Part shown: one piece after another, positions 1-9,411 of the stretch
Position numbering within the stretch: position 1 is the stretch's first letter
Layout: each line of letters opens with the position of its first letter
Assembly (NCBI GenBank): GCA_035529595.1
Contig: DATKWK010000035.1
Coordinates: forward strand, 177,067-241,066
Reading direction: 5' to 3'
From: Candidatus Bathyarchaeia archaeon
GTDB taxonomy: Bacteria > Patescibacteriota > Microgenomatia > PFEM01 > JAFGMK01
Length of the DNA: 64,000 bases
Made by a program: the position numbers and the translations under genes
Notes under the pieces: model-generated
What the model saw: the letters and a program-made list of their open reading frames with translations, nothing else
Databases searched by the model: none
Told to the model about the DNA's origin: nothing

Positions 1-536
1 CGAGTCATACAAACCGGCAAACCATAAGTATTGTAATAAGTATAAGAAAGCAAATCAGCGCAACTTTTAGAAACATCATAAGGGTGAGATCCTCTTAAAG
101 AACTATCTTCCTGATAGGGAAGACTTTCTTGAACTCCATAAGCTTTATCGCTTGAAGCCACCACAATCGACTCAATAAAATCATTCCCTCTGGCTGCTTC
201 CAAAAGATTCCATGTCCCCTGAATATTTGATTTAAAAGTCTCAATCGGGTCTTTATTAGCTTCGCCAACAATCGCCTGGGCAGCCAGGTGAAAAATTGTT
301 TGCGGTTTATATCTTTTAATAACCTTTTTTACCAAGGTCAAACTAGAAACATTACCCTTAGCAATTTTAATCTTATCCCTAAACCCAGCCAAAACAGAAA
401 ATTGACGCGCCTTTACCTTATCTAAACCAATAAGGTTTGACCCCTGCTTTATCAAGGCCTTAGTTAACCAAGAACCAAGGAGACCTTCATGGCCAGTGAC
501 TAAAACCCGTCTTTTCCGCCAGTAACTACTAGTCAT
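1..536 (-). CDS. NAD-dependent nucleotide-sugar dehydratase, CDP-glucose 4,6-dehydratase-like (partial, runs off the window)
   Basis: Not in the ORF track. ATG at 536 reads MTSSYWRKRRVLVTGHEGLLGSWLTKALIKQG (Rossmann GxxGxxG), later FHLAAQAIVGEA, ASSDKAYG and PYDVSKSCADL (YxxxK). Lies downstream of an rfbF-like gene. Confidence 0.75.
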   Translation of the reverse strand, partial: MTSSYWRKRRVLVTGHEGLLGSWLTKALIKQGSNLIGLDKVKARQFSVLAGFRDKIKIAKGNVSSLTLVKKVIKRYKPQTIFHLAAQAIVGEANKDPIETFKSNIQGTWNLLEAARGNDFIESIVVASSDKAYGVQESLPYQEDSSLRGSHPYDVSKSCADLLSYTYYNTYGLPVCMT

Positions 537-562
537 CTGATTATTTCCCTGAAACACTTTTC

Positions 563-1555
563 TCAAACTACCTTCAGTAATCTCTCGACTCGATTATACT
601 TCCCTGAATCGAAATCTTCTCGAGTATACCCAAATTGCTTTAATTTTACCACCAAATCCTCAATCGACTTCCCTAAAGGCCAATTTTGCCTCAAGTTCGG
701 AAAAAGAGAATCAAGCTTATCAAAATTTACTCGATAACTCCGCTTATCATCACTGTGCTCACCGGTATAAACTACTCCACATCGTGGTAGCTGCCGGCAA
801 ACTAACTTAATAATATCTTTAACCTGAAAATTATTTTCATTAAAACCAATATTGAAAACCTCGCCATTTATTTTTCTTGCTTTCGCCTCCAAAAACTTAA
901 CAAAAATTTCACTCAGATCCCGAACATCAATTAGGGCCCGCCAGGGAGTCCCGTCACTTTTTACTCTCAACTCCCCCAAAACTAAAGCCGACGCCGTCAA
1001 ATTATTAACCACCAAATCACCCCTGAATTTAGACGAGTAACCATAAACGGTAGAGTTTCTTAGAATCCCAATGCAAAAATCATCGTCAGCTAATTTTAAA
1101 AGCTCATCTTCTGATTGCTTTTTACTCCAAGCATAGGTGGTTAAAGGATTAGTCGGACTAGCTTCAGCCACTGCTTCTTTTGACCAACCGTAAACACTGC
1201 AAGAAGAAGAAAAAAGAAACTTACCAACTCCAGCTTTCTTGCAAGCCTTAGCTAATTTAACCGTTCCTAGATGATTAATCTTTTCCGTCAACTCCGGATT
1301 AAGTCTTTCCAAAGGGTCATCAGGCAAAGCAGCTAGATGAATAACCGCATCAAAACCTGATAAATCAAAGTTCCCTAAATTACAAATATCGCCCTTACGC
1401 AAATGATAATTTCTTCTATAAGGACCAAGAAGTAGGTCTTTGTAAAAAAGAGCGTCCAAACCGACTACCTGATAACCCTTTTTGACTAACTTTTCTGATA
1501 AAACTGCACCAATATAGCCATCCGAACCGGTAACGAGAACTTTTTTTATTTCCAT
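563..1555 (-). CDS. NAD-dependent epimerase/dehydratase (extended SDR)
   Basis: VLVTGSDGYIG, SSSCSVYG and YAWSK (YxxxK). Likely start MEIKK at 1555; the ORF track starts at 1585. Confidence 0.85.
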   Translation of the reverse strand: MEIKKVLVTGSDGYIGAVLSEKLVKKGYQVVGLDALFYKDLLLGPYRRNYHLRKGDICNLGNFDLSGFDAVIHLAALPDDPLERLNPELTEKINHLGTVKLAKACKKAGVGKFLFSSSCSVYGWSKEAVAEASPTNPLTTYAWSKKQSEDELLKLADDDFCIGILRNSTVYGYSSKFRGDLVVNNLTASALVLGELRVKSDGTPWRALIDVRDLSEIFVKFLEAKARKINGEVFNIGFNENNFQVKDIIKLVCRQLPRCGVVYTGEHSDDKRSYRVNFDKLDSLFPNLRQNWPLGKSIEDLVVKLKQFGYTREDFDSGKYNRVERLLKVV

Positions 1556-2334
1556 ATCTTCCAAGGAGCCTTGCCGTCTCTCCACATTTTATTCACTAAA
1601 TCAAACTCTCGGGGAGTATCAATGCACTGCCAAAACCCGCGATGTTTATAAAGATGCAGTTTCTTGTATTGAACCATTTTGGGCAACACTTCACTTTCTA
1701 AAACCAAATCCTCGCCATCCCTGAAATATTTATTAAATACTTCCTTGTTAAAAAACATATAACCGCCACCGATCAACTTATCTCCTACCGCCGGCTTTTC
1801 ATCAAACTCAGAAATTATGCCTTTTTTCTCAGCCTTAATTTCGCCAAAGCGGCTAGAAGGATAGACTCCGGTCACTGTCCCCAGGGCCTTTGATTTTTTA
1901 TGAGCACGCAACAGAGCTTTGATATTAATATCGCTCAGACCATCACCGTAAGTAACCCCAAAAATATCTTCATCTTTTAAGTATTTCCGGGCTTTCCAAA
2001 CCCGAGCCCCAGTCATTGAATCCTCTCCTGTCTCTACCAGAGTCACTTTCCAATCCTCGCCTATGAAAGAGTTGTGATAAACAGCCGAATCATGTTTATT
2101 TAGACTAACTGTTACATCAGCTAATTTTGCACAATAATTTAAGAAAAATTCTTTTATTACCCAGCCTCTATAACCTAAACATAAAATAAAATCATTTATC
2201 CCATAGTGGGAATAGATTTTCATGATATGCCAAAGCATCGGCTTTTCCCCAATAGGAAGCATCGGTTTAGGAATCATTTCCGAAATCTCTCTAATCCTTG
2301 TTCCTTTTCCACCGCAGAGAATGACAACCTTCAT
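1546..2334 (-). CDS. rfbF: Glucose-1-phosphate cytidylyltransferase
   Basis: LCGGKGTR, PKPMLPIG, ETGEDSMTGAR, TYGDGLSDIN and GFWQCIDT motifs. Confidence 0.85.
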   Translation of the reverse strand: MKVVILCGGKGTRIREISEMIPKPMLPIGEKPMLWHIMKIYSHYGINDFILCLGYRGWVIKEFFLNYCAKLADVTVSLNKHDSAVYHNSFIGEDWKVTLVETGEDSMTGARVWKARKYLKDEDIFGVTYGDGLSDINIKALLRAHKKSKALGTVTGVYPSSRFGEIKAEKKGIISEFDEKPAVGDKLIGGGYMFFNKEVFNKYFRDGEDLVLESEVLPKMVQYKKLHLYKHRGFWQCIDTPREFDLVNKMWRDGKAPWKIWK

Positions 2335-2349
2335 ATAGCTCCTTTAAAT

Positions 2350-3378
2350 TTATGATGCAATATGTATCTTATCTCTAATATTAATTAAGAACTTTTTTAT
2401 ATTAAACCAACTATACCCCAAGGTAAACATAAAACACATTACAGGGTGTAAAAACCAAGCAATATCTTTCACATAAAGATATCCCTTGATTGCCCGTGAA
2501 AAGGGCACGATAAACGTCGTGTTGGCAAATACCAGCCAAATAAGCCAGCTCGTATCCTTTTTATGAAAAACTCCGTAAACTCTCTCTATCTTAGTGGCAG
2601 AATACATACCGGCATACCGCATTTTTCTTCTTAAAAAATTAATTACTCCTACATCAATATAATGAATTATGTGCTTATTTTTAACAAAGGCAAAGGTATT
2701 ATATCCCTGTTGTATCAAACTAACGCACATATCGATATGCGTCGCGTTTTCTTTATAATCCATCTTCTCCAAAAGCTCTCTTCTCACCAAAAAACCATTG
2801 GCGCCAAGAGTCGGAATCTTTGAAACATCGGGTTTAAATTTAACCTTATAGTATTCCCCACAATCGTAAACTGTACCGAAAGAATGCCAATTTCTGTTAT
2901 CATAGGGCCCTCGATCCGCTTTACCCAAACCGACGGCAATTGGATCACACCCGCCTATCAGAGCAAAATAACGGGATAAAATCGGATCGGTTTTTTTATA
3001 GCCGTATCTTAAGGTTTGGCATGCGATTATCTCTTTATCAGTAAATGTCTCCACCATTTTGACTAGAGCATCAGGTTCTTGAAGCCTATTGTCGGCAGAA
3101 AGAGAAAGAATCAGATCGCCCCTTGACAAGTCAAGCGCTAGTCTTCCCCTGATATTTGGCTGGTTTTTAAGGTCAGGCCGGGAAATTATAACCGCTCCGT
3201 ATTTTTTGGCAATTCTCAAAGTAGCATCAGTAGAACCACCATCTATAATTATAATATTTACTAACTTCTGATCGTAGTTTTGGCTTCTGATAGATGCAAG
3301 GCAATCTTCCAAAATCGTTTCATCATTATATGAAATCATTGGCGCTGAGATAGAATAATCTTTTTTCGATCTAGACAT
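2350..3378 (-). CDS. Glycosyltransferase family 2
   Basis: SYNDE, IDGGSTD, variant DxD (SADN), C-terminal hydrophobic helices. Confidence 0.8.
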   Translation of the reverse strand: MSRSKKDYSISAPMISYNDETILEDCLASIRSQNYDQKLVNIIIIDGGSTDATLRIAKKYGAVIISRPDLKNQPNIRGRLALDLSRGDLILSLSADNRLQEPDALVKMVETFTDKEIIACQTLRYGYKKTDPILSRYFALIGGCDPIAVGLGKADRGPYDNRNWHSFGTVYDCGEYYKVKFKPDVSKIPTLGANGFLVRRELLEKMDYKENATHIDMCVSLIQQGYNTFAFVKNKHIIHYIDVGVINFLRRKMRYAGMYSATKIERVYGVFHKKDTSWLIWLVFANTTFIVPFSRAIKGYLYVKDIAWFLHPVMCFMFTLGYSWFNIKKFLINIRDKIHIAS

Positions 3379-4870
3379 TAAAATCCTTTCTCTTTGAAAA
3401 ATATTTTACTCCCAACCAAGTATAATATTTAAATCTATCCCAATCAGTTAAGCCTTCTTTTAATTTCCGCCAGATAAATTCGGGCGTTAAAAAAGAACTG
3501 TATATATTTCGTATCAAAGCCATTATTTCTTCATCGGTTATTGGTGTTTTCATTACCGGCTCTTTCATATCATACCGGCTCCAATCCGTAGTTTTCAACC
3601 AGTTATTTTTTTGACACTGGGCAAAAAGCGGTGTTCCCGGATAAGGAATCACGATTGTTGCCTGGAGAGTATCAACCCAACCATTTTTAAAAAGCTGCTG
3701 AGCTAGGCTTAGAGTTTTTAAAACTTCCTTTTTGGTCTCCCAGGGATAGCCGACCATCACTGTCACATGCGGCCAAAGTCCGGCTTCTTTAGCCATTCTG
3801 ACTCCCCGGCTGATTTGTGCCACCTGAAGATTCTTGTTAACCCGATCAAGAGTTTTTTGGTTGGCCGACTCTAGCCCATAGAGGATGAACCTAAAGCCGG
3901 CTTTTGCCATTCTGTCATAATCTTGCTGAGTTAAAGAGGCATTGAAACGCATATTACAGTCTATTTTTATTTTTTTATTGTAACCTCGCCTAATCATTCC
4001 TTCACAAAATTCCCTGAGCCAGTCCCCAACCGGAAAGGTCCCGCTATCGTCCATGATTTCTCTGACCGGCCAATGATCTAAAATATATCCGATTTCATCT
4101 ATCGCCCTCTTTGGTGACATTACCCGATAAGCTCTACCTGGGTATAAAGTTGTCCAACTACAAAAAGTGCATTTTCCCCACCAGCAGTCCCGGCCAAACA
4201 TGGTATAAGTCCCTGGTGTCCGGCTATAATTGCTGTTTTTGTAGGCATAAAGCCGCCAACAGGTTAACTCCCGATCAATAAAAGGCAAGCCATCAAGATT
4301 ATGATTCAGCCTAAATCGACCAGTAGATTTATAGTTTTGATATTTGAGTTGTGGATTTGAAATTTTAGTTTTTATTTTTGAGTTTTTTCTATACCAGATT
4401 CCCGGCTCAAGTTTTTCTCCTCTTGTCAAATGATTCACAAGATTCAATAGCAAGAAATCATAATCGCCGCCGGCCAAAATATAATCAACCCGAGAATTCT
4501 TGAAGCTTTCTTCCGGAAGGGCGGTTACATGATCACCGACTAAGACAATTTTGAGCTTTGAATTATTAGTTTTAAGTTTGTCGATAATCTTCCAATGGAG
4601 CTTCACTACCGGAGTTTTTGTTTCAATCAGCATCAAATCCGCTTTTTCTTTCCTTAAATCATTAAACCACTCTTGGTAAGTCTGGCCGCCGGCAATCCCG
4701 TCAAGCCAGGCTATTGGATAACCGGCTTTTTTCAAAAGAGTCGCCGCGTAAGCCGGTACCATCGGATAAGCGGTCCAGGGAACTTTTGACCACTGAAATT
4801 GGCGATTCTGACCTAAAAACGGAATCCCCTTAGGGGATTCCAACGGGGGATAAGCAATAACAATCTTCAT
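3371..4870 (-). CDS. B12-binding domain radical SAM protein
   Basis: N-terminal cobalamin-binding-type region (LVGDHVTALPEE, VDYILAGGDYD), Cys motif CWWGKCTFC, YGLESANQ, MVGYPWET, PYPGTPLF. Confidence 0.88.
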   Translation of the reverse strand: MKIVIAYPPLESPKGIPFLGQNRQFQWSKVPWTAYPMVPAYAATLLKKAGYPIAWLDGIAGGQTYQEWFNDLRKEKADLMLIETKTPVVKLHWKIIDKLKTNNSKLKIVLVGDHVTALPEESFKNSRVDYILAGGDYDFLLLNLVNHLTRGEKLEPGIWYRKNSKIKTKISNPQLKYQNYKSTGRFRLNHNLDGLPFIDRELTCWRLYAYKNSNYSRTPGTYTMFGRDCWWGKCTFCSWTTLYPGRAYRVMSPKRAIDEIGYILDHWPVREIMDDSGTFPVGDWLREFCEGMIRRGYNKKIKIDCNMRFNASLTQQDYDRMAKAGFRFILYGLESANQKTLDRVNKNLQVAQISRGVRMAKEAGLWPHVTVMVGYPWETKKEVLKTLSLAQQLFKNGWVDTLQATIVIPYPGTPLFAQCQKNNWLKTTDWSRYDMKEPVMKTPITDEEIMALIRNIYSSFLTPEFIWRKLKEGLTDWDRFKYYTWLGVKYFSKRKDFNV

Positions 4871-4878
4871 TGGCAGCT

Positions 4879-4887
4879 AGTATAACA
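4879..4887 (-). promoter_or_regulatory. Extended -10 promoter (TGTTATACT), probably leaderless
   Basis: TG-n-TATACT ends 8 nt before the ATG at 4870; no SD. Confidence 0.55.
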
Positions 4888-4911
4888 CGTAAAAATTATC
4901 AGGAAATCTAC

Positions 4912-5952
4912 CTAACCACCGACATATCTTTTCCTTTGTTTGTCGATCTCATGCGGAACTATACCTAAGTCTTTACGGAAAAAACCATAAGGAAAATATA
5001 TGCCGTAGCAAACATGGGTAAAAAAAATCGCTATCATAACCAACCAGCTCAAATAGAGATCCTTCTCTTTTATCAATACTTCAGCTCCCGAAATCAGCAA
5101 AAGCCCGGTATAGATTACCAAGGCTGTAAAATAAATATTTTCGAAGAACGGATAAAACAGCGATATTATACTACCGATAACTAAACCGCTTATAAAAATA
5201 GTCGGGGCAAAATAACCCAAGCGGCGCGAAGTCTCCGGATACTTTTTGGCAAAAAAACCGCGGCGTACAGCGTAGCGGCTGATTTGCTTCAAATGCGGCC
5301 CAAAAATTGGCCGGCGATGGTGATAAACTATTACTTTGGGGTCATAAATTATCTTCTTGCCCAAACCCTTGGTTAAACCGAGGCATAGTTTGGTATCTTC
5401 ACCCGGCCAGTGCTTAATATCAAATCTACCCACCCGTTCGAAATCTTTTTTTCTAACCAGCAGATTAACGGAAGGAAAGTCATCAACTTCCCGCCGGTGA
5501 CTAACTTTATTCCGGTAAGTCCCGGCTCCGGCGCTGCCAAACCAGCTGGCCCAAACCCAACCGGAGGCTTTTTGGCGGATACTGTCATTGGGAGGCGTTA
5601 ACGACGGACCGCAGACAGCAACGATGTCTTTGTCTTCTTCAAATACCCTGATTGCATTTTTAAGCCAATCTTTTTGGGGATAAGAATCATCATCCAAAAA
5701 AGCCAAAATTTTACCTCTGGCTTTTTTTACTCCCAAGTTTCTCTTGTAAGCCGGTCCCGGTTTTTTACTGGCGATTACTCTGGCAGTTTCAATCTTTTCT
5801 TCCTCGTCGGTAACAACAATCAGCTCATACTTTTTATACGATTGTTTTCGTAAAAAAGAGATTGTTTCTTCAAGATAGGTGGTTGCGGTTCTGACCGGAA
5901 TAACTACTGCTACCAAATCTCCATCTGAAATGCGTGAAGTAGTGCTGGTCAC
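4912..5952 (-). CDS. Glycosyltransferase family 2 with C-terminal TM helices
   Basis: AFLDDDSY, WPGEDTKL, LKQISRY, 2-3 C-terminal TMs. Confidence 0.85.
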   Translation of the reverse strand: MTSTTSRISDGDLVAVVIPVRTATTYLEETISFLRKQSYKKYELIVVTDEEEKIETARVIASKKPGPAYKRNLGVKKARGKILAFLDDDSYPQKDWLKNAIRVFEEDKDIVAVCGPSLTPPNDSIRQKASGWVWASWFGSAGAGTYRNKVSHRREVDDFPSVNLLVRKKDFERVGRFDIKHWPGEDTKLCLGLTKGLGKKIIYDPKVIVYHHRRPIFGPHLKQISRYAVRRGFFAKKYPETSRRLGYFAPTIFISGLVIGSIISLFYPFFENIYFTALVIYTGLLLISGAEVLIKEKDLYLSWLVMIAIFFTHVCYGIYFPYGFFRKDLGIVPHEIDKQRKRYVGG

Positions 5953-5953
5953 C

Positions 5954-6766
5954 TTATTTACTTTTTGAAAAAGCTAATTTAGGGTCACAATCCCATTTTC
6001 GCTTATTATAGCTTTCATAATAACGAACTAAGTAGAGACGATAAAATATCGCTAAAACATCAATGCCGGATTTCCAAATGCCATTTGAGCCAAATATTTT
6101 AACATTACTGGAGAATTTCTCGGTCAATTTAACAGGGGCTTCGTAAATCTTGTTATAACCTACTTTTCTGGCTACCACTAGTAGTTCAACATCAAAAGCC
6201 CACCTTTTCATCAAAAGACGCGGTAAGACATCTTCTAAAACTTCACGGCGAAAAACCTTCAAACCAACCTGAGTATCTTTTACTTTAAGACCAAATAAAA
6301 TCCAAACAATCATTTGAGTAATAAAACTTAAAATAAAGCGGGGTAATGGATAGTTCACTTCCGATGCAGGATGCCTTTTTGAACCGACAATAATATCGGC
6401 ATGGTACCACTCCATGTGTTCCAAGAGCATCGAAAGACCATTCGGATCTAAATCCATTCCCGCATCAATGAAAGCGACCAGGTCTCCTCTTGCCCGAGCC
6501 ATACCGTAACGGATGGCATAGCCCTTGCCCCTGTTTTCTCGATAACGCAAGATCCTGGTTTTTGAAGATTTTACCTTACGGGCGTTTTGGTAACTCTTGT
6601 CTGTATCTCCATCTATTACGCAGATAATTTCGTAATCATGCCGAATCTGTTTTAGAGCATTTTCAATCTCCCGAAGGCTTCTTTCAATTATTTTCTCCTC
6701 CCTATAAACAGGGACTATCACGGAAAGCAATTTTCTGCCTATTTTTGGTTTTTTATCTTTATTCAT
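5954..6766 (-). CDS. GT2, polyprenol-phosphate sugar synthase (DPM/DPG-synthase-like)
   Basis: VPVYREE, NRGKGYA, GSKRHP, DTQVGLKVFRR, RWAFDVELL. Confidence 0.82.
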   Translation of the reverse strand: MNKDKKPKIGRKLLSVIVPVYREEKIIERSLREIENALKQIRHDYEIICVIDGDTDKSYQNARKVKSSKTRILRYRENRGKGYAIRYGMARARGDLVAFIDAGMDLDPNGLSMLLEHMEWYHADIIVGSKRHPASEVNYPLPRFILSFITQMIVWILFGLKVKDTQVGLKVFRREVLEDVLPRLLMKRWAFDVELLVVARKVGYNKIYEAPVKLTEKFSSNVKIFGSNGIWKSGIDVLAIFYRLYLVRYYESYNKRKWDCDPKLAFSKSK

Positions 6767-6774
6767 CTGCAATA

Positions 6775-7587
6775 TTAACTAAATCGTGCCCCTGCCAAAG
6801 TCCTCTGACAGCTGCAAGTTGTTTTCTTCGGCCAACTTTTAATCATGGACAGAATAATCTTTTTGGCATAACCGATATTTTCTTTAAACATTTTAAGAAC
6901 CTGATCCACCGAAACCGGTTTAATTTCACCTTCGGCCACTAAACCGGCATCGTAGTCGGTGACAATGGCAACCGCGCAATAACAAATTTCTTTTTCGCGG
7001 GCGAGCGTGATTTCCGGATATTCGGTCATATTGATTACCTCCCAACCCATCTTAGTGAACCAAGTCGATTCAGCTGCCGTTGAGAATCTTGGCCCCTGGA
7101 TAACTACTACCGTTCCCTCTTCGTGAACCTGGAGTTTTAAATTTCGGCAAACCTTTACTGCCAATTTCCGAAGTTGGGGACAGTAAGGAAAAGCAGTTGA
7201 AACATGAGTGGCAATCTGGCCATCATAAAAAGTATCAACTCTTCCTTTGGTCCGATCTATAAATTGATCCAAAATAACAAAATCACCCGGCTTAATGCCT
7301 GTCTGTAAAGAACCGACTGCGTGTGAGGTAATTATTCTCTCCACGCCGAGGCTTTTTAAAGCCCAAATGTTGGCGCGGTAATTAATTTGATGCGGTGGAA
7401 CATCATGGCTTTTATTATGACGAGGCAAAAAAGCCACCTTGCGACCGGCTATATTACCTAAGGAAATCTTATCAGAAGGCGGCCCGTAAGGGGTTTCTGT
7501 TTTGATCTCTTCTAAGTCCTCGGCCAGGTCGTAAAAACCCGAACCGCCAATAATACCGATCTCAGCCTGATGCTTTTTAATTGCCAT
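6775..7587 (-). CDS. mtnP: S-methyl-5'-thioadenosine phosphorylase
   Basis: IGIIGGSG, TPYGPPSD, FLPRH, INYRANIWAL, QGPRFSTAAES, INMT, VTDYD. Confidence 0.9.
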   Translation of the reverse strand: MAIKKHQAEIGIIGGSGFYDLAEDLEEIKTETPYGPPSDKISLGNIAGRKVAFLPRHNKSHDVPPHQINYRANIWALKSLGVERIITSHAVGSLQTGIKPGDFVILDQFIDRTKGRVDTFYDGQIATHVSTAFPYCPQLRKLAVKVCRNLKLQVHEEGTVVVIQGPRFSTAAESTWFTKMGWEVINMTEYPEITLAREKEICYCAVAIVTDYDAGLVAEGEIKPVSVDQVLKMFKENIGYAKKIILSMIKSWPKKTTCSCQRTLAGARFS

Positions 7588-8116
7588 TCCGGTCCTTATA
7601 ATTAATTAAAGAATCCAATCGGTAATTTTTTAATTTGTCTCTCCCCGGAAAATAATCAAGAACAATTAAAAAGGCAATCGCTACAATTTTGCCTTTCAGT
7701 TTTTTTACCAAATTGGCAACCGCTTCCATAGTCCCGCCGGTTGCTAAAACATCATCAATCAGTAAAACCCGGTCACCCGGAAAGATTGAATTTTTTTGAA
7801 TCTCCAGGGTTCTTTTTCCGTACTCGATATCAATATCGGCTGACTCAACCTGACAGGGTAATTTTCCCTGTTTCCTTACCATAACTATTCCCGCTCCCAA
7901 CCGCTCCGCCAGAATTCCGGCCAATATAAATCCTCGGGCGTCGATACCGACGACTTTATCAATCTTTTTATTTTTATACTTAAAAACCAACCGGCCGACA
8001 AGATATTTAAGGGCTTTTTTATCTTCCAATAGCGGGGCGATGTCCCAGAAAACAATACCTTTTTCCGGAAAATCAACGATCCGGCGAATTTTTTTCTTAA
8101 GATCGGTATCGATCAT
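7577..8116 (-). CDS. apt: Adenine phosphoribosyltransferase
   Basis: DFPEKGIVFWDI, GIDARGF, RKQGKLP, EYG, PRPP motif LIDDVLATGGT. Confidence 0.92.
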   Translation of the reverse strand: MIDTDLKKKIRRIVDFPEKGIVFWDIAPLLEDKKALKYLVGRLVFKYKNKKIDKVVGIDARGFILAGILAERLGAGIVMVRKQGKLPCQVESADIDIEYGKRTLEIQKNSIFPGDRVLLIDDVLATGGTMEAVANLVKKLKGKIVAIAFLIVLDYFPGRDKLKNYRLDSLINYKDRNGN

Positions 8117-9402
8117 CGCTGAAAGCCCTCCCGGCAGTTCTTAAAAAAATATATCATGAATGACAGAAACAGTAAACCGCAGATTATAGCCGAAACCGAG
8201 ACGATCTGAACGATGTCTTGGTGAAAGAAAAAAATATAGACAGCTTGACAAAAAGCCGCCAAACCGGATAATACAACCGTCTCGTTTTTTGATATTGAAA
8301 GAAAAAACTGGGCTGTCACGCTCGCCAAAGAATAAAAAGTTAAAAAGAGGGCAAAAATAATCAGATATTTAGAAGCGGCCAAATAGCTTCCACCGAATAA
8401 GATATTGACCATTAGATCCGGGAAGAAAAAATAAACTCCGCTGATTCCCAAGCTAACCAGCAGCACTAAAAAAAGGCTCGTCATGAAAAGTCGCCGGTAG
8501 TCAACGCCCGCCGCCTGGCGATTGGAAACCATCGGAAACATTACCTGTCCGACTGGACCGCTGGCAAAAAAAATAATTTTCCCCAAAACAGACAGGGCCG
8601 CATATAAACCCGCTTCGGTGGCCGGTAAAAAATGGCGGGCTAAAACCAGGTCAGTGGTGTAAAGAGAAGTAAAAGCAACCGAAGAAACAAAAAAAGGCAC
8701 CATATCTCGGAAAATATTTTCCGATTTCCGCCCGATCCTGTCCGTATGATCAAACTTAACAATTTTTTTAAGATAAAAAAAACTCAGCCCAAGGGCCAAA
8801 ATCGAACCAATCAAAAAAGCGCCAGAAGCGCCAATTACTTGCCATCCCAAGCTGACTAAAACCACCGCCGAGACCAACTTTATACCCGCTTGTAAGATTC
8901 CTAAAAAAGAAACCTTTAAAAACCGGTAAAAGGCATTAAGAACAGCCGAGTTTATGCCGATAAAAATGCCGACGAAAGAATAAGCCATAATTGCCAAAAT
9001 CGGCCAATTCGAGTCAAGGTGAAGAAAATTCTTAATCTTGATGGAAAAACAGGAAATTACTATTAGTCCCAAAAAACCAATAAGGAACATTTTCGAAGTT
9101 ATGTACTGATAAAAAAAACTGATTTCCTTTTCCTTTCCCTCTCCGCGCAATTGCGAAACCTTCTTGACTACCACTAAATTTATTCCCGCCAAAGGAATCC
9201 CCAAATAATAAACCAGAGAAATAACCGACTCCAATGCTCCATAATTACTTGGACCAAGCATTCTTCCCATTAATAAATGATATACATAATTACTGATATT
9301 ACCGATCATACTGCCGCAAAATAAAATCATACTGCCCCGCACCAGCTGATTATGAACAATCCGTCTGGCTAAGAGCCTGGCTTTTTCTTTAAAAATATTC
9401 AT
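8113..9402 (-). CDS. Wzx-like oligosaccharide flippase (MOP superfamily)
   Basis: About 12 TMs; GRMLGPSNYG and EAGLYAA...FPMVS patterns. Confidence 0.82.
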   Translation of the reverse strand: MNIFKEKARLLARRIVHNQLVRGSMILFCGSMIGNISNYVYHLLMGRMLGPSNYGALESVISLVYYLGIPLAGINLVVVKKVSQLRGEGKEKEISFFYQYITSKMFLIGFLGLIVISCFSIKIKNFLHLDSNWPILAIMAYSFVGIFIGINSAVLNAFYRFLKVSFLGILQAGIKLVSAVVLVSLGWQVIGASGAFLIGSILALGLSFFYLKKIVKFDHTDRIGRKSENIFRDMVPFFVSSVAFTSLYTTDLVLARHFLPATEAGLYAALSVLGKIIFFASGPVGQVMFPMVSNRQAAGVDYRRLFMTSLFLVLLVSLGISGVYFFFPDLMVNILFGGSYLAASKYLIIFALFLTFYSLASVTAQFFLSISKNETVVLSGLAAFCQAVYIFFFHQDIVQIVSVSAIICGLLFLSFMIYFFKNCREGFQR

Positions 9403-9411
9403 ATTTTGTAA

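Noticed and set aside
2350-7587. Hopanoid cluster (HpnG/HpnI/HpnJ-like trio of phosphorylase, GT2 and radical SAM)
   Set aside because: No squalene-hopene cyclase, HpnH or squalene synthases in the window, and the phosphorylase looks like canonical MtnP.
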